A stretch of 64,000 nucleotides of DNA from Torpedo marmorata (lineage: Eukaryota): assembly GCA_977017645.1 (NCBI GenBank), contig OZ360237.1, positions 10,788,001 through 10,852,000 on the forward strand, written 5' to 3'. Positions 39,660 through 53,170 of the stretch are shown here, one piece after another. Each line of letters opens with the position of its first letter. The first letter of the stretch is position 1. Under the pieces are notes generated by a model. It was not told the origin of the DNA. It made no database searches and saw only the letters and a list, made by a program, of their open reading frames with translations. The translations under genes were made by a program, and so were the position numbers.

Positions 39660-40480
39660 AAATATGAAATAGGAGTAGTGAATATTCCACCTGGTGCATC
39701 AAGCTAGTTCTGTCATTTAATAAGATCTGGCTGATTGTTTTGTTACCATGACCGGAATTATCACTTAATCCCACTCGGCTCAAGAATCTATCCACCTGTG
39801 CCTTAAAAAAACATCAAAGACTTTGCTGCCTCCACACTTTTAAGAAGAGAATACCAAACAGTCGGAGTGAAGAAACTTCATCTCATCTCTGCCTGAAAAG
39901 GATTATCCATTATTGTCAAAACCTTATTATGACCATCCTCTCACCATTTATCCTTTCAAGATCCCTCAAGATCTTCTATTTCAATTAAGTCCCTTCTCAC
40001 TATTCTGAGCTCTAGTGGATACAAGCCTACCTTGTCCAGCACTTCCTGATATGAAAACCCATCTATTCCTGATATCCATTGAGTAAACATTTTCTGAACT
40101 TCCAATGCATTTATAGTCTTCTTTAAATAATAAGATTAAATACTGTATATGACACTCCAAACCTGGTCACACTGGTCCTATATAAATGGAGTATTAACTC
40201 CCACTTTTGATTGCCCAAGCAATAAACAAAAGCATTGTTTGTTTTCCTAATTGCTTGCTGCACATGCAGACCAGCATTTTCTGAATCGTGCACCAAGATA
40301 TTCAAATCCCTCTGCAGGTCAGAGTTCTGAAATCTCGCCATTTAGAATATGGTTTATTTACCTGCCAAAGTAGAATATTTCACATTTTCCCACTTTATAC
40401 TCCACTTGACAAATATTTGCCCATTCAGTCTATCCCTTTAGAACCTACATATTTTCTCTTCAACTTATTATCTGACCTAT
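39660..40480 (-). mobile_element. Old degenerate CR1 3' region
   Basis: ORF 40123-40341 DLQRDLNILVHDSENAGLHVQQAIRKTN; 3' UTR similar to 27370-27450. Confidence 0.75.
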
Positions 40481-41439
40481 TCTTGCAAAATGTTAAGGTC
40501 CCAGCACAATCAATTCATTACATCCAGAAAAAAGACGCATTTATGTCTCTCTTTCCCTTTAGCTGCTAGGGAAAAAAGGAGAAATTTGGAAAAAAAATGA
40601 CACTTTTAAAGCATGGGCTTGCCACTTCAGGATCCAGTATCGGTCATCAAGCATGCAGGTTGGTGAATGTGTATTCGAGTAAACTTGGATGCAGGAAGCA
40701 GAGTTCTGAATGATACAAGATATCAAACAAGCCAAAGATACTTGAAAGGGACACAAAATGTTCAGACAACCCAGATCAACCTCAGACTATGGCTAGAATT
40801 AATGTCCAGGCCACTGAGTTTATGACAGAAATACAACACAATGACATCAGTCTTCACAATGTTTAATCAAGGGAAATAATTCCACCACTGGATGTCACAA
40901 AATCACATGATGAACCAGAGGAATCAAAGGCATCGCGATGGATCACAGCAGCTTGGTGTCATTAAGTATGATGAGCCTTCAGCTGATGTGGCCAAAATAA
41001 AATTCCTATCTTGTCTCCAGATGCAATTTTTCAAGAAATGTCCGGATGATCTCTCGAGCCACCAAGGCATAGAAGGCCTGGATGAGGGGTGGTCAAGCAC
41101 TGGTAAGTAGGAATAGTACTTGATGGTGGGTATGGACACGTTGGGCTGAAAGGTTAGGTGCCAAATGACTCTTTCACTCTTAAGAAGTCACCAAATATGC
41201 AGAATTCCAGAGTGAAAGGTGCAGGAGCAGGATCAGTTACAGCTGATTCTGTGACCAAGACTGAAGTGACGATAGTCCAACTAACATCTGCAGTGCAAAA
41301 TGCAGTTGAGGATGCAGTCGACTAAAAAGGTAAGGAAAGGTACTCCAGTCATTTATAGTGGAGGTCATTTCTGACATTATGTATTATCCGATGCGATTCA
41401 GGGGCAAAACTTGATTGGAAGGTTTCAAACAGATTAAAT

Positions 41440-41685
41440 TTTAATTTTTTTAATTTAGACATTCAGCACGGTAACAGGCCCTTTCGGCCACGAGCCCGTG
41501 TTGCCCACTTACACCCAATAAAACTATCCCGGTACATTTTTGAACGGTGGGAGGAAACCGGAGCACCCGAAGGAAACCCACGCAGATATGGGGAGAACAT
41601 ACAAACTCCTTACAGACAGTGTGCGATTTGAATCCAGGTCCCGAACGCTGGTGCTGTAACAGCATTGCACTAACCGCTACGCTAA
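41440..41685 (-). mobile_element. HE1/V-SINE-like element
   Basis: A/B boxes and V-domain on the minus strand; tail gtctaaattaaaaaattaaaatt. Confidence 0.9.
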
Positions 41686-42469
41686 AATTGATGGGTACAG
41701 CTTTTGTTTGAAGAATTTCAAGGAGAAAAGATTTTAAGGATGATGTTTATAGGGACAAAGAAATCATGTGAATTTTATTGAGGAAGGAATTGGTAACGAC
41801 AAATTTGAAGAGTTTACAATATCGAAAGAGATAGGATTAAAGGGATCTATTATTGAATTTTTACTGTCCATTTAGAAATGTCTTCGTAATGTAGATACTT
41901 CTCCCCTTCAAATATGGTTTACACTGTTAAATGACAAAGTCTCAGGGAAGAGGTGAATTCTCAACCATAGAAATTTCTGTTCTACACTAATGTACAGAAA
42001 ACTAATGAAATGCCATGTTACTTCATCATTAAACAATGAAATATTCTTTGCAATATGGTCTAGACACAACTTGCAAAGTTTCAGTCAATATAAACACTAC
42101 CCATCACTTGCCCTCCAATATATTTCTCCACCTTACCACCAGTTACTATCTCACTGAACTAATAATGTTGATAACTAGTCTTCGGTGTATCACAAAAATC
42201 ATAAATATCAATTTCACTACTGCGGTAACCTGAAAAGAATTCATTCTATAATGCACAATAAATGAAACTCCACTTCTGATAAACAATACATAACCTCTGA
42301 AATCCACTGTAGCACCAACCACATCATTTAAACTGAATTCCAAACATTACTATGGAGTGGATTCACCTTCCCACACTTTAGATTTCCATACGCACAAAAT
42401 ATGTCTCGTCTTACAGAATGCATTTGTTCACGCAGACTTTTTTTTAATTTTAAGAATTCCGAAGAAATC

Positions 42470-42715
42470 TGCACGGTTAGCGTAGCAGTTAGCACAACGC
42501 TGTTACAGCGGCAGCGACCAGGGTTCGAATCCGGCGCTGTCTGTAAGGAGTTTGTACGTTCTCCCCATGTCTGCGTGGGTTTTACCCCGGTGCTCCAGTT
42601 TCCTTCCACCCTTCAAAACATACCAGGGTTGTAGCTCAATTGGGTGTAATTGAGCGGCACGGGCTCGTGGGCCAAAAGGGCCTATTACCGTACTGCATGT
42701 CTAAATGTAAAAATG
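42470..42715 (+). mobile_element. HE1/V-SINE-like element
   Basis: gcacggttagcgtagcagttagc...gggttcgaatccggcgctgtctgtaaggagtttgtacg...gggcctattaccgtactgcatgtctaaa. Confidence 0.9.
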
Positions 42716-45133
42716 TAAATGCAAAACAACGTAAATAAATGAACAACAACATTTAAAACAAAGAGTACCATTTATATGCAAATCAGGATGGTCTATAAAT
42801 ATGACTGCACTGTACTTGTTCAGACTAAACAAGCAACAAACAGGAAGGACACATTCATTACAAGTTAGATGGGTGTCATCCTCAATAAAAGCAACAACTG
42901 CCTGAGGCCCTTGTTTATAGTTGATATCAGGCTCATTATATGAAAAAGCAAAAAGACTAATGTCTGCAATAATGGATTGACCTGAATATAGAAGGCTCAA
43001 GGCGAGCTGGTCCATTACTGAATTTAATTCTGTATATTAAGACATATAGGCAGAAGATCCTTGCACAAGCAGTCAAACAGACGTTGATACCACTTGAGGG
43101 AAATCATTCCATTGTGTGCAAGGCCCAGCATGGCACAAGTCTTGAACACTGAAGTAGGTCTTATCTGAAGGACTAAGGCCTGTTTGGCATTATTATAAGG
43201 GTGTGATCGTACTTGGGCCACTGTTGAACAGTCCAAAGTCTCCATCCTTTTTCAGGTATATAGATTCTTTCAGTTTTCAAAGTTCTAATCCCCCAGCATT
43301 GTTACCAATGTCCTCAAACACCTACTCCCCAACCAAATCCTCTATTAACATCCATCCTATCTTCTCTTCTGCCAAACCCCATTCAACTACCCTCCTATTC
43401 AAATCATGTTCCCATTCAGCAGAACAAACTGCCTCCCACAACTAACTGTATAGATGAACTGACTTTGGCACAAAGGTTCTCCACAGTCAAACCCAACCCT
43501 ATCCCTTAATCCACATGCAATTCCACAGTAGACCTAACCATCCCTCATCATCTCCACCACCATCTCCATAGTTACCATGCACCCCAATCTGCAGTCTGGC
43601 CCAATCCCTGCAATCCCCTTTCCCATCTCACCCCTCCTGTTCTTCTCCAATGATCTTTCACACCTCCCACCCCACCCACAAATTATTCCATCCATGATCT
43701 CCATTATCTGCAATGGTACATACATGAAGTACCTATTGTCCTGCAAATGTTGCCCTGGGCCTTTTGAGTCTATGGGCCTAATACAAACTTGGTACAGACA
43801 AAGGCAGACTTTTTACCTTACATAGGCCATGATAGTTCATCAAATGCCCTTCAATTGAAGAATGGATGAGACACACAAAGCGCAATTGATTAAGTATCAT
43901 GGCCTATCTGGGTGTGTCAGATAACTAACAGCAGAAGCAATGTCTACCTACTTTGCATTTCCTCCTGAATTTCACCCCCTAAACTGACTGCTACCAATGA
44001 GAACTCTTGAACATGGAAATATTTAATGCATATGGCACTGCACTATTTTTGTGATGTTGCTCTTTTCAAATATTTTAATGGAGCTAATGCTCTATCTTAA
44101 ACAAGTGCTTTAACTCCCAGATTAAAATAATGACCCATCAATATTATGTGGAAGCAAATGAAAGTTGTCAACAGTGATCAGAATGTAACACTCAGGAAGT
44201 TAATGCATTCTAACTATCAGTGAATACAATATAAAAATATATCTACATCATATCTGCACTACATAAATTAAAGTCTTCAAACTACATTGTAGGATATTTC
44301 TACAATTTCAAACAAAAAGTTTCAGCATTTTTGGGTGTTGCCTTCAGCAATATTTGGGAAATTTTCTTGACATTCTTTGTTTTTGTCAGAGCCTCATACA
44401 CAATATAAAATTGTGGGTGTATTCCCTGACATATTCCTCTCTTTGAAAATGACAATAGAAAATCATATTCAGTCCACCCACAAAGTTATGACTGCTGTTG
44501 TATGCAAAGTTTGGTTGGTTAACAAATCTACTGCAAGGTAAGAAAAATAAAATTATTTCCTCTTAACACTGATGGATAACTTAACACAAACCATGTGAAT
44601 TCTATTCTCAAATGGATTTTTATGATAGCAATAGATTGCTTTTCAATTAAATTGTCATGATTCTCACAGATCAGGCTGAAGAAAAAAATTCACGTCAAAC
44701 CTCAGAAAAAAGAAATCTCTGGAATGTGATTTGTTTCTTTTTTCTTCAATGGGCAACCTTTGATCATTGAATAAAGTACTCCAGTAATTGTATTTTCTCC
44801 TTCAGGATACAAGCATTGCTGGTAAGACCAACATTTGTTATCCATGCCCAATTGCCATTGCAAAAATGCTGATAATTTGCCTTCTAAAACTGCTACAATT
44901 CTTCTGGTAAACAGTCTTCAGACAATGTTAGGTCTGTAATTCCAGGATTTAGACTTTTATAGCAATGGAACAACCATGTAATTCCAAGTCAGGTTAGCAT
45001 GCAACTCGGGCGCAAAGTGCAGGAGATGGCATTCCCATCCTTTGTCCTTCTAAGTAATAGAGGGTAGGGGTTGAGGAGATGCAGATGAACTTTAAGTAGA
45101 AAGCATTCAAAGTTATTTCATGGAAAGGAGATA

Positions 45134-46139
45134 TCAAGTCAAGTCACCTTTATTTGTCGTTCATTACCATATACACAGTAAGACGAGATAGCATTTCTCC
45201 AGGACCATGGGCAGATGTACATAAATATCATAATACAATAGAAAAAAAACTATAACATGCTAATACACATATATATCTAGGAATTGAGGAGCCTGATGGC
45301 TTGGGGGGAAAAACTGTTGCACAGTCTGGACGTACAAGCCCGAGTGCTTCGGTACCTCCTTCCAGTTGGCAAAAGGGAAAAAAGTTTATAAAAGGGGTGT
45401 GAGAAGTCATGAGTCAGCAGGGTGAACAGCAATGGACTAAGCACACAGCCCTGGGGAGCCCCCGTGCTCAATGTAATGACCTTAGAAGTGCTGTTTCCAA
45501 TCCGGACTGCCTGAGGTCTTCCTGTCAGGAAGTCTAGGATCCAATTACAGAGGGTGTAGTTTCGGCCCAGCCCCCTCAACTTCCCTATCAGGTACTGAGG
45601 TATGATCGTGTTGAATGCCGAGCTGAAGTCAATAAACAGCATTCAAATATAGGCGTCCTTATTTTCCAGGTGGGTGAGGGCTAGGTGGAGGGTGGTAATG
45701 ATGGCATCATCTGTGGTACGGTTTGATCTATATGCAAACTGCAAGGGGGGTCCAGTGAGGGGGGCAGCAGAAGCTTGATGTGCCTCATGACGAGCCTCTC
45801 GAAGCACTTCATGACGGTAGATGTGAGTGCGACAGGGCAGTAGTCATTGAGGCAGGACACCGTCGACTTCTTCAGCACGGGGATGATGGTAGCAGCTTTC
45901 AAGCACGTTGGAACCACGGCACTGCTCAGGGAGATGTTAAAGATGTCGGTGAGAACATCTGCCAGCTGGGCCGCACATCCCCTGAGCATTCTGCCGGGAA
46001 TATTATCTGGCCCAGCAGCCTTCCGTGGGTTAACCTTGCTTAACACTCTCCTCACGTCAGCCACTGTGAAACACAGCACCTGATCATTTGGAGGAGGGGT
46101 TGTCTTCTTTGCCACTACAACATTTTTCGCCTCAAAACT
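45134..46139 (-). mobile_element. Rex1/Babar family A copy with ~585-bp internal deletion
   Basis: Colinear with 54967-56529 apart from a deletion at agtc (45405-45408) that fuses LLTHD to FSHPF; (GACTT)n tail. Confidence 0.92.
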
Positions 46140-47724
46140 CCACATTTCCACATCCATTCTAGATATATGCAGAGGTGAAGAGCACGAAGTTATGTACAAC
46201 AGCCAATTACCTTGTACTGATTGTAGAACTCAGAAAATGCACAAAGTTCCCTGGAAATCAAATATTCTGACATTATTTGGCTGAGGACTTTAAAAAAAAA
46301 ACAAAACTTGTTTTATAATTGTCAGCTAACTGCGAGGTAAATTTGGTAAATTCTTGCAGCATACAATATCCTGGAAATGAAGTGAAAATCTACAACAAGC
46401 AAGAATCTGGATAATATTTTGCAAAGAAGCATCAGTGCAAGTATCAGATGTTCTTTAGCACCGTAACGTTAGTACTTTGAGCCTGGTTGGTGAGACTGAA
46501 CAGTCATCAGAATCCTAGTTTTACTAAGAGAAATGCAGGATAGATTGGAGCTGTAAACAACATTCTGGTCATTTATATATTGTATGCCAACTGTATGGTT
46601 CACAGTCGGCTTGGTCAATATAGTATTTCTCAATCTACTTCTGAAAACTAGAAAAAGCACATGAAGAACAAACAGGAGTACAATATGCAGCTTATACACA
46701 TGCTTTTGTCTGACTAAAGGTGAAGCTGATCAAAGAAAACTTGATATCTTCATATATCATTGTCAATGAATATGAATTTCTAAGGCAAACCTAAAAGTTA
46801 TATCACAAAAAAATAATAATTAAATGATAATCATATTAATTTGTGCAACAAACCAAGTAAATAGAGTTTGCATGTATCTCATGTGGGATTCTAATATTGT
46901 ATCAAAAGTTGACGGTATGATAAAATAAAATCAGCACTCTTAAACACTAATGATCAAAATATGATTGTTTATAAGGGCATTGAAATACCAACTTACTCAT
47001 TAACTCCAAGGATTAATTGTTACAGAGTGCCAGCTTTTGTATTTAAATAAAATGTATTTCTTGACTTAATAGAAACTTATCTACTGCAGATAATACTTTG
47101 TAACTTTCCTTACTGAAATAAATAGAGCAATTACATAGTAATTTCCAAACAATTACTTTTCTTAGAAAAGAAAAAAAGTACAGTATTTGATGCAGGTACT
47201 TGAATTCAAATGTGTCAATCTGCAGTGGAGTACTTTGTGTAATCATTTCTGATGTACCAATTTACCATTGTCTGGTGAATTTTCCATTGCTGTTCCTTTG
47301 TTAGTTCTAGCAAGGTTTGTTAGTTCGTAACATGTGTGAAACAGCAATGGCGTCGCCCAAGATGAAGAGCTGGTTGATGCTGCTCGCCATTGTGGTGACT
47401 CTCTTAAAGTGTCTCCCTATCCCTGCTTAGTAAAAGTCACCCTGGTCAGAAGCTTTATCTGTAAACATGGGGGAAGGGGAGGTTAATTATCTATAATGTT
47501 ATTGTTCATATTTCGGGTGGCTCTATGGAGGGGGAAGAACCTGCAGATGCAGCGATGGTTAAATGTTTTCAAAGAATGTGACTGAAAATAAAGTAAAATG
47601 TTTTAAGGTTTATATATTCATGCAAGTGAAGTTTGTTCAGTGTAAGTGCAGTAAAGTATTTTTGTCTTTTGTCTTGTAAACTGTTTATTCTTAGTGCAGG
47701 TGCATTAGTTATGCATTGTAAGAG

Positions 47725-47803
47725 TAAGTCTCAAGCAACCAGAAAATACACTTATCTGGCATCTACCAATCCCCATGGGTGCCGGATAACAGGGGTTTTA
47801 CTG
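47725..47803. mobile_element. Terminus of the same Tc1/mariner MITE family as 26751-26967
   Basis: tctcaagcaaccagaaaatacacttatctggcatctaccaatccccatgggtgccggataacaggggttttactg+TA is the reverse complement of the MITE left end. Confidence 0.75.
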
Positions 47804-48502
47804 TATTCTGTTTGAAATATGATTTTATTGGTTCATTTGGCACGACTAACCAGGCTGAATTTTTACACTTCAATGGCCACATATTCCAAATTCACTACCT
47901 GTATAATAAATTATACACATTAATAAAAATATATCATAAACATCATTACTTTTTAAAATTTGAGAACCTTTTCACCATATCATAAAACAAAATGTACAAA
48001 ACACAAGAGCAACTCAAATTTATAATACAAAACTTAAAATGAAATAATACTGCATGGGAATAAAACCTGTACAACTCCTTTTCTCCATTCAATTAAATTA
48101 GAGTTTATCTGTACCTCATCACGATCCATCTCTTAATTCCACAAACTTTAATATATTTCTCTAACAGAAATGTTAACTTAGAATTTTTCAACTGACTTTG
48201 TCTTAACAGCTTCTGGGCACATCCAGTTTTCCACAACCCCTTATGTAAAAAATCACCACTGAAGAGTCTGCATCTCACTGTCACGTTCCAATAGGCTGTT
48301 AATTCAGGATTGGGTTTGAACTTAGATGTTCTGAGCAAGAAGTCTGGTATTGGAAGTAGCCTATTACTTTGTGATACAGACTGTATTGTGTTGACAAGCA
48401 GCAAGCAGACTTGGGCTTGGGTGGCATTTTCACTGGTCGTCTCGCAGGTAATCAGAGCCCTCCTGGCTTATGGGAATTAACCATTTTATTGGCTGCCAAG
48501 AT

Positions 48503-49006
48503 GTTCAGATTTATTGTCAGAGTACATACATGACATCAAATACAACCCTGAGATTCATTTTCCTGCGGGTGAGGCAGAATTACCACTTATTGGTAGTGCA
48601 AAAAAACACTGATTCAACGTACACATGTAAACAAATAAAGAAATGTAAACAAACTGACTGTGCAATGTAGAAAGAAAAAAAAATCAATAAAGTGAAAAAG
48701 CAAGAGTCTTTAAATAAGTCCCTGATCGAGTTTGTTGTTGAGGAGTCTGATGGTGGAGGGGTGGCAGATGATCCTGAACCTGGTGGAGTGAGTCTTGTGG
48801 CACCTATACCTCTTCCCTGATGGTAGCAGCGAGAACAGAGTGTGTGCTGGTTGATGTCCATCCTTGATAATGCTCTCTGACGGCAGCGTTCCCTGTTGAT
48901 GTTCTCAATGGTGGGGAGGGTTTTGCCTGTGATGTCCTGGGCTGTGTCCACTACCTTTTGCAGGGCTTTACACTCAGGGGTATTGGTGACCCCCATACCA
49001 GACTGT
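48503..49006 (-). mobile_element. Rex1/Babar family B 3' fragment
   Basis: TNTPECKALQKVVDTAQDITGKTLPTIENINRERC; shared 3' UTR. Confidence 0.88.
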
Positions 49007-49595
49007 GTTGCCATGGGACAGATATTTGGCTAGTGAACACTCCTCTATCGCAAAGAATGAAAGCGAAGAGAAAGAAAGAGCAGCCGTGTAGCTGGAGATG
49101 AACTGGTCTACATGTTAGGAACAGCTTAACAAAATCAATCCAACAACAAATATTTAAGGACAGTCACATAATGCAATGGAATTGGAAAAAAAGGCTGCAT
49201 CAGTTTCAGCCAAAGTGATTAGTTAGAAACAATTAGTTTTGTCCAAAATGCCAGAATTCAGTTATTTATCACAGCACTGACAAAAAATTATATTTTAAAG
49301 AAAATATGCTATTATTTACAGTTATTAAGAAAAATAATGCATTCAACAGAACAGTTAATGTCCTATTAGCAGTTTAAGCTCAAAAATTACAGACCAGCAT
49401 TTCCTGTCAAGCTAAGGTCACAATACTTCAATCTGCCTGAATGTCTCAGCCATGTATCTAATATTGCTGATACCAGTGCATTTCCAGTACACTGCCATGA
49501 AAGCTTTTTCTCATATATTGCATCAGAATCCATTTTCAGCTCACAATGTGTTATACATCAAAGCAATTAATTAATCAAATGAGCCCTGCACTTAC

Positions 49596-49648
49596 CGCTG
49601 GACAGACGATGAGAGAGATTCAAGAAAACTGCCACCTCCAGCAGCCAT
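49596..49648 (-). CDS. INSC: INSC first coding segment (exon 49596-49690, including 42 nt of 5' UTR)
   Basis: Acceptor catgttttag before 49690; Kozak AACATGG; MAAGGGSFLESLSSSVQ+CG then gtaagt. The phase-2 CG joins C at 3829 to give Arg and continues MHLIEID, paralleling mammalian MMALPGGRHLDSVTLPGQR|LHLM. An in-frame upstream TGA marks this ATG as the start. Confidence 0.85.
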
Positions 49649-49899
49649 GTTCAACACTCAGCCACAGGTACAGGCTTTTACAGGCAGAACCTAAAACATG
49701 ATTTTTTTAAATGTTATTACAATTAACTTCATGAAGACCAATCACAGAGCTCATCAACTTCAGTTCACCTGTTATAGTTAACTACTTAAAGTTAATACAT
49801 GCTTGGAGGCATAATAAATTATGTGATTGAAATTTAAAGCTCTAAGAAAAACTGCATCTTATGTTGGTGATTTGTAACTGTCTTCTTCTGCATCCTATC

Positions 49900-50400
49900 C
49901 TCTAATGATCTCTACTGCTGCCGGGCGCATTTAATTTAGATACTCGTCGTCTCCAGTACCTATCCACACTCCCTCTCCTCTTTCAACTTCTTAGTGGAAA
50001 CTTGGCATTTCAGAATCTCAAAGGTCTCTTGTGCCAACTTTACCCTCCCAAACATGTCTATTAAATCCCAGTTCAGGGCACATGTATTTTTAATCCTTGT
50101 ATAATCAATGAAACTTGTTAGCATGTATGTGCCATTTTTCAAATTTCGAAGATGAGAGTCATCATTCTGCTGTGGCAACATGATTGATGTTCTCATTTGC
50201 AAGCAGTACTCCAATTGTCCAGGTTTCTGTTCTCTGAGCACAAATGGATGATAATCCAGCTAATTCATGGGCAAAGCCACCCTGATGGTCAGTGAAAGTA
50301 TTGAACCCACTGGATGCAGCCATATCTAGACTTCTTCTGTGAGCCAGGACTTGTGTTTATATCTGACCCCTCAACCTTAAATGCCATCTGTAGCCTGTGT
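49900..50400 (-). mobile_element. Highly degenerate RTE-like LINE remnant
   Basis: Fragments such as MFGRVKLAQETFEILKCQVSTKKL and cagggtggctttgcccatgaattag; similar remnants at ~46470-46640 and ~48100-48460. Confidence 0.4.
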
Positions 50401-53170
50401 GCACAGTGAGCCCCATTCCCTTCAATGCTGTCAAAAATCTCCATGGAAAAGATAACATTTTGAATGTTTGCTTTATTTAATGAATTTTAAAATTTGAATA
50501 TAGACCAAAATAAAGTAAACAACCAGGGCCTCGATGTGTGTCTTCCAGGTCTAGTCGTCCTTGCGGACTGGTCCACCTCACCAAAGGGCTGCAGCAGTGC
50601 GGCCTCTGACGGACGGGGAGCCACACACCCACAAAAGATTAGTGCAACTGCAAGGAACATGCTCGTGTATATGTGGTGCGGCCAGTTCACGTGGGATTCA
50701 ACTCAAATAGGTTTACCACAAATAGTCGACTTTCTGAAGCATGCCACCACAGAGTCAACTCCTCATGTTTCAGGAACACATGGCCACCATCCGCCAGAGC
50801 ACAGCACTCGACAGCACCATATTCCACTCAGCAGTCAGTGCAGTAGAACTCTGGCCACAATCCTGAACCTGAGGACTGAAATTTGGTTTTATGGCAATAG
50901 AAATAGGAGGAGAGGTAGTGAGTTAAATTCATACACTTATTAGATACAGAAGGCTATTCAGTCCATTGAGCCCATCCTGGTTTCCAGTCCAATTCCATAA
51001 ATCCCATCTACTATTTGTTTCCCTGAAACCTATTCCTTCTCTAATGCTCATCAATGCCACCCTTATTCTCCTATCACAATCTACACTCAGGGCAATTTAC
51101 AGCAGCCAACTCATGTACAAGCACATCTACGGCACGTGGAGGGAAAGTGGACCCTTGCAGTCACAATGTAGAGATGCGTAGTTCACAGCAACAGCATCCA
51201 TGCTCAGAATTAAACCCAGGCTGTTGGAGCTGCGTGGCAATGCTTCTATCTCTTATGCTTTCTGCAATGTCAAACAGAACTGCTGATTCCAAGAGAAATA
51301 AAAGAATAAAAGGGGATAAAATGTATCCTTGGTGAGGCACAATATGGGCAGTGGTTATTATATCCATCACAAGATGCTCCTTTCCATCAGATAACTTAAG
51401 AGAAGCATCACATCTCTACTTCAATACATTGAATCAAAGAAATAGCACAGAAATAACCCCTTTCAGCCCATCTCCCCCATGCCAACCATAATGCTTATTT
51501 TTGTTGTTCCCATTTTCCTGCAGTAGGCTTAAATCCCTCTACACTTTTCCTATTCAAGTACCTGTCTAAAAGCCTTTAAAACATTGTAATTGTATCCGCC
51601 TCCATCACGTCCTCAGGAACTCATTCCAGATATTCACCACTCTCCTATTCTCAGATCTCCTTTAAATTTCTCCCCTCTCACCTTAAATTTCTAGACTCAC
51701 CTTACGTGGGGAAAAAAGATATTGACTGCCTGTCCTATCGATGCCTTTCTTAACATTATAAACTTCTGTTACGTCACCTCAGCCTCCTAGGTTCCAGTGA
51801 GAATAAAACCACCTCTCCAATCCACATACCTACACTAAACATTTCTTTCAGTAGGAACAAGTTTATAAAGCAAATGCACCTTCGAAAATTTGAACATTGT
51901 TTATCTTAACTCGTTTGCTGATCAACTTCCCACTCATTCCAGAAAACTGGACAGCACACGGATATCATATTCCATGCACATTCCACCAATGTGAAAACAC
52001 AAAAAGATCTCATCGGAGAGAAGTGTGGCAGTCAGAAGCAATGGAAGTCGCGGCTTTCGTGGTGTGACACAGAGGGGCACTCCTGCTCCCCCTTTTCTCA
52101 AAACTAAGGGAGAGCTTCCCATAATGTCTCAGTTATTGCCAAGTGAACATGGGTAAAACTTGCCCCCATTGAGTCCATTAACTTGCATTGAAGTTTCACA
52201 CAATAGATACAAATGTTTGTAATGCTCATGTTCCCAGGAGGAGCAGTGAGATTTGTTATTATTGATCATCTGAGGCATTTTCACTGTTCACTGCTGGATA
52301 TACTGTTTAATAAATTTGTTTACTATGTCATAATCTGAGCTACAGTCATACAAAATGTTTATTCTACCACCAAAAAAATCAGCACAGATCACATGAAATA
52401 TCCAATGTAACGAATCAATACATGAATGGATTATTCTGTCAGATTCTTCAAATCACCATACATATTTGGATAACAAGCCAATAAACACCCCAGTTCGGCT
52501 GATAAGGGCAGAAGGCTCATCCAAAGGCTTGGTTTGACACTGAAGTGGAGAAAATGAAAGGATGCCCACTGTATAAAAGGTATCAATTACTGTTCTCTTC
52601 AATTCCACAGTTAACCCACTAACCCAACAGCAATATGTGCATTTGTGTAACATGTTAAATGCGGTATAAGTTATCAAAATGCTTCCTGCCAGTGCCTTAA
52701 AAAAATTGAAACCAAGGTACACAAGAGAAAGAGTGAATGGTAAAAGCAGTTAACACAGTAGCCTCCCAACTCCAGGGACCCTGATCCCAGGAGAATGCTG
52801 CATTGAGTGTGAATTTTCCCCTTATGATCAAGTCGGTTATCATCTGGTGTTCTCGTCCCCTCCTATAACCCAAAAAATGTGCTGGCAAATGTAAATTACC
52901 ACTTAGTGCTAGTTAATGACAAAAATAATCAAAGGGGAGTTGTGACTGAGAATAAGTTATGGGGTAAATAAGGAATAAGGGGATAGGATTGGTCTGCTCA
53001 AAGCGTGCTGCAATAATTTTTTAAAAAAAGATTTAAAGTCATTCTTAAAAGGGAAAAGAGAGGTGGAGATGCATGGAAAAGAAATGCATCTGAAACTCTG
53101 AGAAGGAATTGTAGAAGGATTAAAGAGATGTACCAATGGCCAGAACAGGAGGATTCTAGAGACTGCAGAG

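Noticed and set aside
45405-45408. Rex1 internal deletion as a spliced-out intron
   Set aside because: No placement within the 4-bp microhomology gives both GT and AG ends on the element's sense strand; microhomology-mediated deletion or template switching fits better.
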